Below are positions 12,841-28,506 of a stretch of 64,000 bases of DNA, one piece after another (the first letter of the stretch is position 1; the number at the start of each line of letters is the position of its first letter). The translations under genes and the position numbers were made by a program. Below the pieces are notes generated by a model, which was given only the letters and a program-made list of their open reading frames with translations, had not been told where the DNA came from and searched no databases. The stretch is from the human T2T-CHM13v2.0 reference genome, Homo sapiens, in NCBI RefSeq assembly GCF_009914755.1, contig NC_060931.1. The stretch is one strand, 5' to 3'.

Positions 12841-14376
12841 AAAACTGGAGGAGGTGATAAAAGAGTGACAATTTATCTTTTGTTCAATAAGGATATAAAA
12901 ACTGAAATCAGTGACATTAATATTTTATCAAATAATGAACATTTTGTCCACCCAATTAAGTAGGGAAAACATTCTAAAATAGGACAGCTAACATTGTATT
13001 CAATATAAAGATAAATAGGTAAATGTAGATAAAGCTCCTTATATATTGATTACAGTTTTGTTTTTTTTTTTTTTTGTAAATTTCTACAGACCAAGGGGAA
13101 TACAGTCCTTTCTGAGGATGAGTGGGTGATTAGAAGGTGAAGGTGGTGTTAAGGGAGGGAGTCCAATCTCAGCGAAAAGAGTCAAAGGCCAGGAAGGGAT
13201 AAGCATCATTGTTTACTAACCCCAGTAGGAAATTGAGGTCTCTTTCTCCTTGAGGCATTCATCAAACGACTTGGAAGAATTTTCTAAACATCATGATGAA
13301 ACAAGGAAACATCGTCCTACTCATTAAGTTTCCCCTACGAGTTTAATACATTTGTTTATAAAATCTTTAGGTAACACTTTATAGTAATTGGCATTCTAAA
13401 ATACTGGAGTCTATGGTGATTCAGAAAGCAATGATGATTTGTATCAATTTAATTGTCTCTTTTGAGACTTGATATCCATGGCAAACATCTTGTTCTGCTT
13501 TGTTCTTGGTGGTTAGTGTTACTGTATACATCCCATATGGGAGTAAAAGAGATTGTGGGTGGATGAATGAAGGGGAAAGCACTCAGACTAATCTCAGGGG
13601 ACTGAAATAGTGAAGGAGTGAATCACAAGAGATTTGAAAGGTTTCACTGGTTTTGGAGAAAAGCCAAATCTGGAGTGGTGGGGGGATCTTTAAATTCTTT
13701 GATTCCCACAAAATTTTAAGGCACTTGGCTTTTCCTTGAGAATTTTGATACATTTGATGAAGATTAGAAAGATGATTTTTTAAAAATGTATACAAAACAC
13801 AGTCTTGAATTGGGGAATTGAGTGGCTAACTTGAATTTGAACTTGTTTACCACTAGAAAATAATAGTTTCCTGTTTTTGTCAAGGGAGCAACATCAAAAA
13901 AGGTTTACAAATGAAAATTAAAAGGTTTCTTGGACAGCAAATACACCAGCAGTATTTTGGAAATTGGTTCTAAGTGAATCTGAAAAAAGGATAACTGTCC
14001 CCTGAAAGGCACATGGACTTGGTAACTAATGTGAAAATTGTTTAATAAATGACAATTTGGTCTAAATGTGACCTAATGAAGGATAGGAATGTGCTTTAAT
14101 AGCCAGCTGTCTTCATTCTGTTTTCAACTTTCAGGATCATACAAAGTATGCGGACAGACTCTTTCCCTGTGACAGAGTCTTGATGAAATTCTGCGGGCTT
14201 CTCTAGGGAAGGTCTGATTTAGAAGATAAATGCTAATGTTAGCTTGAATTTCAGGTGTTTGATGCATCTTTGTATTCACTAAATTACAAATTCAGGGTCT
14301 GCTATGGGCTAGCTTCTGAGGCCACAGAGATGAACATGACCCAGTCTACCACCTCGTGAAGTTCATGGTCTACCTC

Positions 14377-14594
14377 TAGGGCCAGGATTTCTCCTGTAAG
14401 GACCAGATAGCAAATAGTTGAGACTTTGGGCCACAAGTCTCTGTTGCAATCATTAGGCCCTGCATTGTACCATACATAAGCAACTATGGATGATGCGCAA
14501 GCAAAAAGGCATGGCTATGTTTCAATAAAACTTTATTAACAAAACAAGCAGTAAGCAGGATTTGGCCCCTGAGCTGTAATTTGCTAGTGCTGGG
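14377..14594. mobile_element. MER58A-like hAT MITE inside an L2 fragment
   Basis: ctgtaaggaccagatagcaaata...catggctatgtttcaataaaactttatt...caggatttggccc; L2-like sequence on both sides (about 14290-14375 and 14600-14780). Confidence 0.8.
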
Positions 14595-15128
14595 CTAGGG
14601 GCAGAGACAACCATGGAGTAGGCAATTACAACACAGAGTAAGATGCTCATAGTGAAGGTGCTCTGTGAACCTGAAAGGAGAGAAGCAGTTCTCCCATGCC
14701 TGGGAGAGACATGAAAAGTGCATTCAAAACTGGGTGACATTCTGCTGAATATTTAATGATGAGCAGGATTGGGCAAGTGAACAAATGACTGTTTACTTTC
14801 CTTCTTAGTAGAAACTGTTCTCAAGCCCTTTCCACAACAAAGCATTTTTTTATTGTAAAATTTCACTGCAGAAGTACTTAAAAATATATTCTCTTAACTG
14901 GGCTCTTTACCTTATGAAGTCTCAATGACAACCAATATCCAGGCTAAACTTGAAGGGCCACTTTCTCATATGACTCTACAATTGTAGAGAAAAATCCTGG
15001 AATCACAATTTTTTTTTTGATTCATAGAAAAAGATACCAGAAGAAAGAGAATTTAATAACTGTTGAAATAAAAATTCAAATGATCTTATTTGCATGGCAT
15101 AATAGCCAAGTTCTCTAGTTAAGCATAT

Positions 15129-15706
15129 ATATAGTTTTCTGTTTTATTGTAACAAATAACCACAAACTTAGGTGCGTAAAACAACACACATTTATTTTCT
15201 CAGAGTTTATACAGGTCAGAGTTATGGGCCTGCCTACGGCTGAGCTGAGTCTGTTGCTCAGTCTCACGAGGCTCAACCAAGATGTTGACCATGCTTTGTT
15301 CTCCTTAGGAAGCTCCACTAGGTTAGAATTTACATCCAGACTAATGCAGGTTGTTGGTAGAATTCATTTCCTTGTGGTTAGAGCCCTGACTTTTCGTAGG
15401 CTGCCCTCAGATCCTAATAGCCACGGCAGTTCCTGGAGCCTTCCTCGCAGTTTCTTGCCACATGGGTTTTGCCATCTCAGCCATTCAATGCATCAAGCCC
15501 ACAGGAAAGTCTCTAGCTTGGTCTGTTAAGATAGATTCTGTTATAGCATACCCTAATGATGAGATTGATGTCCAATCACCTTTGCCATGTCCTATTAGTT
15601 AGAAGCAAGTTGCAGGTCCTGCCCACCCTCAAGGAGAGGGAATGAAACAGAGAGGAGTATGGGGAGGTGGGTACGATGGGGGCCACCTTAGAGTCTTTCT
15701 GCCACA
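15129..15706 (-). mobile_element. MaLR solo LTR (MLT1E/F-like)
   Basis: gtaacaaataaccacaaacttagg...caggttgttggtagaattcatttccttgtgg...atcacctttgccatgtcctattagttagaagcaag...ctgccaca. Confidence 0.85.
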
Positions 15707-18289
15707 AAATGCCCACTTTTTTGTGTGTGTGCTATGTTTGGCTTTCTTTGTAAGCAGAGGTTTCATTTATGAGCAGATATTGCCAATGACTACAGAGTAG
15801 TCAATAATAACAGCCCACACTGTGCACCAGACATTAAAATATGGCATCTTCTTTATACAAAAGATGCGATCTAGCCTCAAACAGGTTATGTTATGGAAGA
15901 CAACATGATCACTGAGAACTTTGATTTGGCCAAGTCCTGGCTGACTTCAAAACCCCTCCTTTTAGTCACTATAGCAGAATGTGAAATTGTCTGATCCAGT
16001 CTTAAATATCACCATCCTCTCATCATACTATTCACAAATCTAGACGGAAATGCTCTCTCTAGTGCCAGTTCACTCCATCAGGGCCAGCACTGAGAATGGG
16101 CTGTCCCTCTTGTGGACTAGCTCACATAGTTGTGTGCTAAAGCTCTAGGTTTGCTTCTTCCTTGTGCCCTGGTGTCATGCCCAAAGGGATCCTGGCTTAC
16201 AAGGGAGCTAACCCACAGAACAGCTGATACATATCCACTGATAAATAATCAAAGAACACAGTGCTGATTCTCAGTTATATTTGTTAGTAAGTCAAGAAAT
16301 GAAAATGACTATAGGCTCTGGAAATAAATTATGTTCATTTTTTGTACCAATGGCACCTGTAATCTGAATTCAAATTTCAGAGGGAAAATAAAAAAGTGAT
16401 CAGAAACAATGGAGAGAAAACAAATGCATGGAAACTTACGGTTCTACAAATCTTCTCTGAAAAGAAAGCCAAACATGTCCACAAAGAACAAAAGCAAAAC
16501 GTTCATGTCCAAATCTGAGACATACTCCAGATATGGGTGGTGTTCATTTTTAAAATGGATATGATGTTGGTATTAATCAGCACAAATACCAGGATGGTTT
16601 GTGAGGCTCTGGCTTTTGAAATAAAGCTTTTAAATTGCACTGGTTAATAACTACAGAGTGAGTCTGAGAGCAATAACATGTCCTCTTAATAAAACTTTAT
16701 GTATGAGTATTTTAATGAATTGTTTCAGTATACTTTCAAAGAGAGCCAAGTTAGTGGTTGAAAACAGAATAGGATTAAGTCCTTACTAAGAAACTCAATC
16801 CTAACAACTGGTACAAGAATTAAAATGAAGAAAGGAGCCTGTCTTACACACTAGCATTTTTGGAAGCTATTCTTTTTAGACACTATGTTTTAGAATTTCC
16901 AGGCATCTGTCTGTTGCTAGAATACCTACACACTTTGCGGAAGCTTTATTTGAAAATGCTGTGTACCTTGTCTAAAGGGCCAGCTGGGATACCAGAAATA
17001 GTATCGGCTCTATTTATGTCTTTGGAGTAATTACAGTGGAATTTAAAGACTTAGTTTATAGATCCAAGAAGAAGATCTTCTGTGTACACTAAAAGGATGA
17101 ATCCTTTCCAGACGACTTCTCATTTGGCTGAAGAAGAGCTTGAGGAAGCATTTCATAACGTCAGCCAAAGTCGTTTTTAGTAAGACCTGGGTGGGATTCT
17201 TGCTGTTGATATCCAAATTAAAAAAAGCCTTGATTTTAATCTATCCAAGGTTACTTTGTTGTAGTTATGAAACCATGAATCAATTTTAAAGCTTTCAGGG
17301 ATGAAAGGAGATATTGAGACAAGTGCCTGCTATCTTTTGTTGAATGGGGGAAAAATATGTTAACCAATTTCCTGATGGCTTCGCCTGGTGGACTTGACTT
17401 TTGTTTAGCTAATGTCTTTGTGGAATGCATCTCTGTTTTTCCCTATTCTTGCCCTGCCTCTTACCAAAGGCCAGTGTGTGCATGTGTTCAAGGAGAAAGA
17501 TGCAGTGTGTGTGGTCAGCGTGCTGGTCTTCCATTTATTGGATGTGAGCTGGACTCTGCTCAGAGATGGGATGCTGAATGACAATGAAAATGATTATGTA
17601 CCTTGAGGGAGATTACATGACTGTACACTCTTTTGGACAAAGAATGAAAGAATACTTACTTACAGAATCTGTATTATGCTGGCTCCCAGTCTTTTTTACT
17701 ATGAAAATTAAACCCAACTCATTCTAAATGTGTCCTAGCAGACAACAAACCTTTGAGAGAATTCATTTTCATCACCCTCCAAAAAGATCAGGAAAAAAAT
17801 CTCATTGGCTATTCATTCCCACAGTACATCCATTCTTTTAAACTTTCATGTGTGTTTAAGAGCCTCTATTGCTTTTATAAGCAATAATTATAGTGATTTA
17901 AACATATTGCTTGCTTACTCTGGTGTCACAGAGACTGCAACAATGAATAAGCTAAACGTAGCATTTGTCCCCGTGGACAACACTATGTATTTTCCCAACA
18001 TTGTGTCTGATCCTTAAGACAACACTATCATAATGGTATTAGGAGCCCCACTTTATGGATGGAGAAACTACAAATGAGAGAGATGGACTGCCTTTTCCAA
18101 GGCCATAAAGCAAGGAAGTAATCAAGATTCAAATCCAAGTCCAAGTCCCTCTTACTTCTTAGCCACCTCTTCCCTCTTTTCTTCCCCATATGACTTCATC
18201 TATAACACAGAAATCAAAATGGTTTTGGAACTGCACGAGCTAAACTGATCATGACCTGGTTTGTAAAAAGTGAAGTATGCGTCCTCTGT

Positions 18290-19172
<883 letters not shown>

Positions 19173-19513
19173 TGAATGTTGGCCAAAGGCAAGCCATGGC
19201 CCAGCCTACAGATAATCTCTCTGAGCTTCCATGGAAGATGCTTGATCTTGGTTCAGGTAAGTTCTAGTACCACTTTGATCTTCACAAAAGGATGTCACTT
19301 CTGTTGTCAGCTTGAGTCATCAAGTATCTGCCCTTAATTAGAGACAGAAGCCTAAAATCTTTACCAGAGAATACCACAATCAGCGGCTCACTTTGCCACT
19401 TTATTAAACGCACTATTAATAGGGAATTCAATTCACAAGGCTTCAACCTTCTCCTAAGAGAGTTTTCAATTGAGGCTTTCAGTTCATATAGAATTGCTTC
19501 AAGCAGGCTTTAA

Positions 19514-19859
<346 letters not shown>

Positions 19860-21574
19860 TGAATTTCATTTTTTAAACATAGTTCCCCTGTTGCTGGGCC
19901 CATATTCCTAAACTGCAATGATGTACTTCATTTGTTTCTTGTTTGGCTCCTCCAACATTTGAACTGGTGACCCCTGGTAATAGTCCAGGTGTTATCACTG
20001 GAAAAAGGTTACTAACGTACATACAGACAGTGCTGTAAGGAAGAGGTAGGGAAAATCCCCACTGATTTGTTTCGAAGATGTTGAGGATGTTGTCGCCTTA
20101 TCACTCATTTCCAGGGAGTCAACTGAGGAACAGAATAGTGCATTATTTGAGTTTAATGTCAAAGACATGTCCAGTCTTCTAGTTTTGATAACATGTGACA
20201 ACACAGCTAAGGGCTGGTATTCTCACTTGCTCTCTGAAGGCCTTCCACTACAGGTCACTAACCTCACTGGCTGCCTGCACACCGAGGCCTGAGTTCTGCA
20301 GGCACCTCAGGATGTAGGATTACACAGCATCCTTCCCTGTTCACTCACATTCATGTTAGCATGGTCTGTCTTGCAGGTTTAAGCTCCAGGCTTGGCTGCT
20401 GAACTGGAGCGTTTCCTCCCATAAATGTATGATTTGCAACACTGTTGACTTTTGTTTAGCTTTCCTGTTTGTCATATCTTGCAATGCTTCCTTTCGGTTA
20501 AGAATATTTGGCAACTTTGTTGAAACAGGCTGGCTGCCTTAAACCAAAAATTTAAAAGTTTAATTTAGGTTGATTATTCTCTAAAGAAAAAAAAGGGGGA
20601 TGCTTTTCGGCATAAATCTTCATTTCTTCATTGTAAAATATCTTTTTATCAGCTGATTTAATTAATAGACTTATTTATAAAGAACATGAGGCCTTCAAAT
20701 ATATATGGAAGTGGTGACATGAAAAGGACACATATAACCAGTACCTGGTACAAGGTTAGAAACAATCAATATTAGCTATTATTAGTATATGTGCAATATA
20801 AATTATGTGATTATGTTTCTTGTTTTACTTTGGCCTCCAGGAAGCTCCAAAGCAAATTTATGACTGAATTATAACTATCTTGTAAGAATTACATCTTCTG
20901 AACCCCCATGTGATTTTTCTGTCACTATTCCCTGATTCTATTTTTCCCCATTTAACTTTTTTTTTGTATTTTATAATCCATTGTGGAATGAGAATGATAG
21001 AGTTACATGGAGTAATTAAAATTCCCATCACCTAAAACCAGGATTAAAGCTACAATCTCCTAATTGGTTTATTCATCTTTAATTTCTGGAAAACACCAAT
21101 TCAATTTACAATCTGAAATTAGAGCATTTTCTCCCTAAAATACATATTTATGTATAATTCTAACATAGTTTTTAAAAATTACCTCCTAATACATAAAACC
21201 TAAACATCTTAGCCTGGCATTGAAACATTCCACAAAGTGACTTTGACCTGTTTCTTCAGTTGTATGATTTCTGTTTGATATTGCAACTACAGCCAAGTCA
21301 GCTTTTCCATATCAGGCAAAATGTAAGGCACACAATAGATACAAGGACGAAAAGGACTTATGTGGGCAAAATCCTTGGGAAATGCACCATGACTGACAGT
21401 TCTCTTGAGTTTTCATACCACTGATATATGGAAGGCTTTGATTCTTCTTGTTTTAGACACCATTTGGGGCCAAACATGTACAATGGGGACACTTTTTTCC
21501 AAATAGGAAAGATAAAGTTAGAAAACTGAAAAAAAAAAAAAAAAAAAAAAAAAAAGATGGGATTCATTTTGACT

Positions 21575-21687
21575 TCCTTGTTTCCTTCCTTCCTTCCTTC
21601 CTTCCTTTCTTTTTCTTTCTTTTCTCTCCCTCCCTCTTTTCTTTCTTTCCTTCCTTCCTTCTTTTTCCTTTCTCTCTTTCTATCTTT
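21575..21687. repeat. (TTCC)/(TTTC) low-complexity tract at the Alu tail position
   Basis: Pyrimidine tract abutting the 3' end of the antisense AluJ. Confidence 0.9.
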
Positions 21688-21966
21688 CAGACAGGATCTT
21701 ACTCTGTCACCCACCTGGAGGGCAATGGTGCGATCATGGCTCACTGCAGCCTTGAACTCCTGGCTCAAGCGATCCTCCCACTTTAGGCTTCCAAGTAGCT
21801 AGAACTATAGGCAAATGCCACCACCATGCTAGCTCATTTTTTTGTAGAGACAGGGTCTCACTATGTGATCACCAGTCTGATCTTGAACTCCTGGCCTCAA
21901 GTGATTCTCCTGCCTCCAGCCTTCAAAAGTACTGGGATCACAGGTGTGAACCATCACACCCCACCA
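21688..21966 (-). mobile_element. AluJ
   Basis: J-type phrases gatcatggctcactgcagccttgaactcctggctcaagcgatcctccc and agacagggtctcactatg. Confidence 0.93.
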
Positions 21967-22169
21967 AGTCTACATTTCTTGTAAACAACACAAAGCCTAC
22001 TTAAGCTCTTTACTGGCCTAGGAGTACATCTGTGTGGAAGTGTTTTGTTTTTCTTTCTTACAGTAAGGCCAGTTTCCAAGCTCTCAAGACTTTTATGACC
22101 TTCTCTCACTAGGCTTCATTTTTGCCTCTGAATAATTATAGTCCCCCACTAATTTATCTGTCCTCCCTT

Positions 22170-22525
22170 CACTCATTCATTCACTCAATAAATATTGATT
22201 GAGCCCTTTCTATGTGCCAGGCATAGTGACTGGTATTGAAGACAGTGAAGAACAAAATAGGTAAGTGCTTGCCTTCTTGAGTTAGGGGAGAGTAAAAACC
22301 AAAACTAATCACATAAGAAATGTAAGATCATAAGTTCAGATATGAGCTATACAGCAATTGATTTATGAGAACTATATAGCAATTGATATTACAGGGTAAG
22401 TACATAATACCGAATGTGTTCATCTAAGGGCAGGGTTAGGGTAAGGATAGGGGATGAATGTGCAGGAACTGTGTTAGGATGGTCTTAGAAGGTTTATCTG
22501 AGGGAATTACATTTTGAAAGAGGAA
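22170..22525 (-). mobile_element. L2 3' end
   Basis: cattcattcactcaataaatattgattgagc...ctatgtgccaggca. Confidence 0.75.
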
Positions 22526-22567
22526 AGGGAAGAAATCAACGGCAGGAACTAGCTCTCCAAATTAGAC

Positions 22568-23396
<829 letters not shown>

Positions 23397-23599
23397 AAGA
23401 CCATTTTATAGAGATTAAATTAAAGTTCTTATAGAAGAGTGTAGCAAGTAACAACTTTAAGGATATGTATAGTATAGGCAGATAATACAGTCAAAAAGAC
23501 AAATTTTAAGTCATTTATTCCTTTCATATTTTAATATTCTGTGATCTTGAAAATTATATGTGATACTAATCCCTGTCAATTAAGGAAATAACCTGATAT

Positions 23600-25210
23600 T
23601 TCTTCAAATAAACATTGAGTGGCTACCAGGTCCCAATCTCAGTATATGTGTCCTTCAGGGCACACAGGGTGGTGAGAATCAGGGCCACAGACTAGATAAT
23701 TCCCTAGTGACATAGGATTGCTGAGGGACAAGCCAACCAGTAGAGTTGAGAAGCAACAAAAAGGGCCACCAGCAACCTGGTGTTTCAGGAAAAGCTTCCT
23801 GCAAGTGAAGATGACTGATCCCAATCTGAAGGATGATTCAGAGTTAAATGGGAGAAGGGAGGATAGCATGAGCAGAGGCAGAAAAGTGACCAATAGTGTG
23901 AAGATGTGAATAAGGATTGAGACAGGTCTGCAAAGATGGAATTGATGTTGTCAACAAACAGATGATGGTTAAATCCAAATGGGTGATAGCATAATGAGCA
24001 TATATCTAAAAAGCATAGCAGACAGACAACTGTGTGGCAAAACAGGAGAGTTCCAGGAAGGGCACAGAGAGGGAATGGTCACTGAGGACCAGAGAGAGGA
24101 CAGTCAAGGCAGGAAAGTGATTCCAAGTAGAAAGAATGTTCCGTAACATCAAAGGAAGCCAGGACACCCAGCAAGATAAGCACTGGTGCAGTATCACTAG
24201 ATTCTGAAAGAAGATGGTCTCAGATGGCCTTTCCAAAAGTGGTGAGGGCTGGAGGCTGATGCAGGCTGATCGGGTCGTGGAGTGAGAGGATGAGACTTGA
24301 GGGAGTGGAGAGGTGGCACGACTTCCGCAAGAACTTTCATCCCTAAGGGAAGAATGTCGGAGGGCCGACTCACAGAGGACACAAGAGCCCAGAGAGTTTT
24401 TCTGCTGCTGTTGTTTTGTTTTTTAAGTGTGCAAAGATTCAAACATTTATTTAGGCCAAGGGAAAGAAGCCAAGACAGAAGGGATGGTTGAAGATAAAAC
24501 AGTAAATATTGTATTTGATTGATCACGGTCTTGAAGGAAAGCAGATGGGACCAAGGGCAACGCTGAAGATGTTGGCATTGGACACGAGACAGGGCGTCTC
24601 ATTCTTTGACCATGGAGACAAGAGGTAGGGAGGGACAGAGAAGGGGAATTTCAGTGTGGTGAGGAGGGGCCAGAGGTCCAGGTAATCCACACCTGTGACA
24701 TGAAAGGAGGAGCCTTGGAGTGAGGCTGTGGCATCAGATAAAAGCCTCAGGAGAGGTAATGTATAGAAGGGACCCTGGAGAGGGGGAGAGTAGGAGCCAG
24801 CTCAGGCCAAATTCAAAGACTGGTGGATAAAGCTGAAGGTGGCCTGGCTGAGACTGAAGACTATGAATGAAGCGAGGCAGCAATCCACCCTACTGTGTGA
24901 TTCTCTCTTCAGCAGAATGCAATAATTTCAGAATATAAAAGAGAAAATGAAACATGGTGGATCTGAGACTTTTTCTGGATGGTATATCAGGAAGTGGGAG
25001 GGACTGAAAGGAACAACTGCAGGGAGGTGGGAAAGGGGGGCTCAGGGGTTGACACTGAACATGGTGGTGGTAAAATAGTAATCTTGGACATCACCCTTTC
25101 ATCTCGGCTGAATCAGGAAAAAGACTGAAAGGTTGGACAGTCAATGAGAACAGAGAAATACACTGACTGAGGTTCTCTGTGAGATGCAGAGTCAGATAGT
25201 GGGAGAAAAA
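23600..25210 (-). mobile_element. Fragmented L2 LINE remnants
   Basis: Purine-rich degenerate sequence with L2-like phrases (aaacattgagtggctacc, ggaaaagcttcctgcaagtgaagatgact, aagaactttcatccctaagggaag); boundaries approximate. Confidence 0.5.
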
Positions 25211-27926
25211 GAACATCAAATATTAATGACGTGCCTATGAATGGAAACAGAAACTCTAGTCCCGATATTTCATATGTTTCCATAAATATTGCTAAAACTA
25301 AATCAACTGAGTTGGAAACCCACTGAGAGCCTATGATGTTTCCTGGATTAGTAAAAGGTTGTGCTGATCATTCCATGTTTCCATTGTCTAATGCTGGTGG
25401 GCGAGTGCTGCATTTTCAGGTGATACACTATGCTAGCCAAAGGCTTAGTCTAAGGTAGATTTATTGGACAAGGATTCCATTGTCCTCCTGATCATAAAAA
25501 TACAAGACCAGTTATATATGCAGGCTACTCTGAGTGTGCACAAGTCTCTTTCTGATAACCACCCTGAAGATGGTTTTATTAAACTTAACCTTGGGAGGGG
25601 GATTCCTTTTTGAAATGTAATCAAAGTCTAGGGATTAAATTTTGACTAATCGATACAGACCACCCAGTTGAGAGATTGCTCATCCTAAGGGACATTGCTT
25701 CCCACACCCTCAAAGACTCCAGCTTTTTACTGTGGCTCAAGTCCTTTGAGTGGCAGTAGAAAATCCAGCAGTGATGATAGGAAAGCCCTCATGGCTTCCT
25801 TTCACAGCTTTCCAGACTTCGGGATTTTAACTCTTTATGAAGATAAAAAGTAAACATCAATGTGTATGTACCATGCATGAATTACTCAAAATTTAGATGG
25901 CAAATTGAATTTCATTGCTGTTTCGTGCACTATGGAAAACAAATAAGAAATTATCTGGAGCAGAAAATAAAATGATTTACATATTTTAATAATGTCTTAT
26001 TATTTTACCTTCAAGCTGCAAAGCTCTTGCAAAGCAAAAAGGCCCATGGAAGATGGGACATGCTTATGTGAACAAGACCTCATGTCAACTCCATTCCTCC
26101 CCCAGGTGGGTTATATCACATTTACTTCTGTCTCTAGTAGTAGTTCGTGGTTGCATGTTGCATTTCTAAATCACTAAGAGTCTGAAAATGCAAGTTATGT
26201 TCTCTCAGTACCTGTCCCTCAGGCCTGCTCCCCAGATCCTATATCAAAGCATGTATTTGGAAGGGGCTTCCAGTGTCATGCCTTGTGCATGTGGTCAGTT
26301 GACCAGGGCCCCTGCATTTAGGGGATCTTGCTCCTCCTAACACTCATCTTCCCATCAGCATGGGTAACCCCAAGTGCAACTGGAGTGTCTCAAACTCTTC
26401 AAGCTATTTTCTTAAAAAAAATTTTTTACGCCTCTAAATCTAAAACGTTCTCTGCCATTTAGTTTTCTCCTTAATTTTTTGAACCCAAGGGTATTTTAAA
26501 AGAAAATGTTATCCATATGTTTTTGATTCATTTACACTTAAATCATTAAAAGCCTGTTTTGTAGAGCTTTTTGATGTCCAAAAAGTTTTTTCTGGGTCCT
26601 TTTTATAAGTAATTTAAAGCTGGTCTCCCTTCCTTTTTCCTCCTACCCTGCCCCTCACTTAGAAAGGAAAAAAAAAACCCAGAAAGTTGAATTTTGCTGG
26701 GAGCAGATGATTTTTAACCCCAAAGAACAGGGTCTGTTAAACCCTCAGGCCACACAGGTCAATTTGTTTCTAACTTGGGGTGTGTGCAGTCTCATGCCCC
26801 AAATTCAGACATCAGGTAGTTAAATGTGATACCTTTCCATTATCATATAAGTCCACAAAACTATGACAATGTTTTTGTTAGCAGTCTTATTGCCAAAAAA
26901 ATGATGCCCTGCAGAGTCTATTGACAAACCCTTGGCACACACACTTCGCATGGCACACGCCACACGTCATGTGGTCAGCCCTGCTCTCCTCCCTGCCAGC
27001 ACCCCAGCGAGTATTGTCATTTGTAGGTTTCTCAGCATTCTTTTTGCATAGTCAACACTTGAATATGGGTTCTCAACTCAGCATCACTGAGCTTCTCTAG
27101 ACCACTGAAATTGGGCCTGTGAGGGAAGAATATCACGGAGGCTATCAGGGACTCTGAATTACTTCCTTAAATATTGAGAAAACCAAGCTCTGGGGGGAAT
27201 TAATTTTGTGGGGAATGTTATGTGTGTCAACCCTTGCCTTCATGTGAAGACACCGGGCATTCAGTGTTCACTAACAGCATGTGAGGCTTTCAGCCTAGGC
27301 TTTCTTTGGTGTCTTCCCATGTTAATCTTGGGCATCTTATTTTGAGCCTATTTGCTCTTTGCACTACATTATGATACTGAGAAGTTAATGAATAGTTTTC
27401 CTCCATATGAATATTTTATGCTAACCAAACTTGCAAGCGAAATATTAATAGTAGTACTAATGGGACAATTAGTTCTCAAATTGTGGGTTATTTATAAATA
27501 AAATAATTCCTGACATAATACTACATAGCAGAAGCCAAGGAAATCTGCATACCCCTTAACTTACCAATTTAACTTTCAGAAATTTATGCAAAGGGAGCAA
27601 TGATAGATTAGTACCAAGAATTACCTGCAAGAGTTTGTTTCTCATGGTGAAATATTTGAAATAATATGGATAACTTACCCAATATAAATAACTAGGGGAC
27701 TGAATCAATGAAGCAAACTGGTTCATAAAAAGCAAAATTGCATTCATTTGTAATATGATTGTAGGAGAACATGCGGTGATAGAAGTTTCTTGCAATATAC
27801 TGAGTGTAAAATGGTAAATTTTATAAGGGAGTTACCACATGATTCTATGTGGAGCCCAAATAAGGGATAATAGCTAAAACTAAAACATTAAGGATAATTT
27901 TAATTTTCTTATTGCATATATTCTAA

Positions 27927-28161
<235 letters not shown>

Positions 28162-28219
28162 CTATTTTCTGCAAAGTTTTTGTAATATACTTTTGTAACA
28201 TTTATATTTAAAACACACT

Positions 28220-28506
28220 GGCCGGGTGCGGTGGCTCACTTCTGTAATCCCAGCACTTTGGGAAGCCAAGGCAGGCAGATCACTTGAGGTCGAAGTTCAA
28301 GACCAGCCTAGCCAACATGAAAAACCTCTTCTCTACTAAAAGTACAAAAATTACCTGGGCATGGTGGTACGCACCTGTAATCTCAGCTACTTGGGAGGCT
28401 GAGGCATGAGAATTCCTTGAATCTGGGAGGTGGAAGTTGTAGTGAGCCGAGATCATGCCACTGCACTCTAGCCTGGGCAACAAAGCGAGACCCTTTTTCA
28501 AAAAAA
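28220..28506 (+). mobile_element. AluS (full length, short tail)
   Basis: ggccgggtgcggtggctcac...gcgagaccctttttcaaaaaaa. Confidence 0.96.

Noticed and set aside
14180-14217. TGATGA...CTGA as a box C/D snoRNA
   Set aside because: Boxes are only about 30 nt apart and no terminal stem is evident.
26270-26620. Sequence that seemed familiar as a DNA-transposon or pseudogene fragment
   Set aside because: Could not assign a family with any confidence; needs a Dfam/BLAST search.
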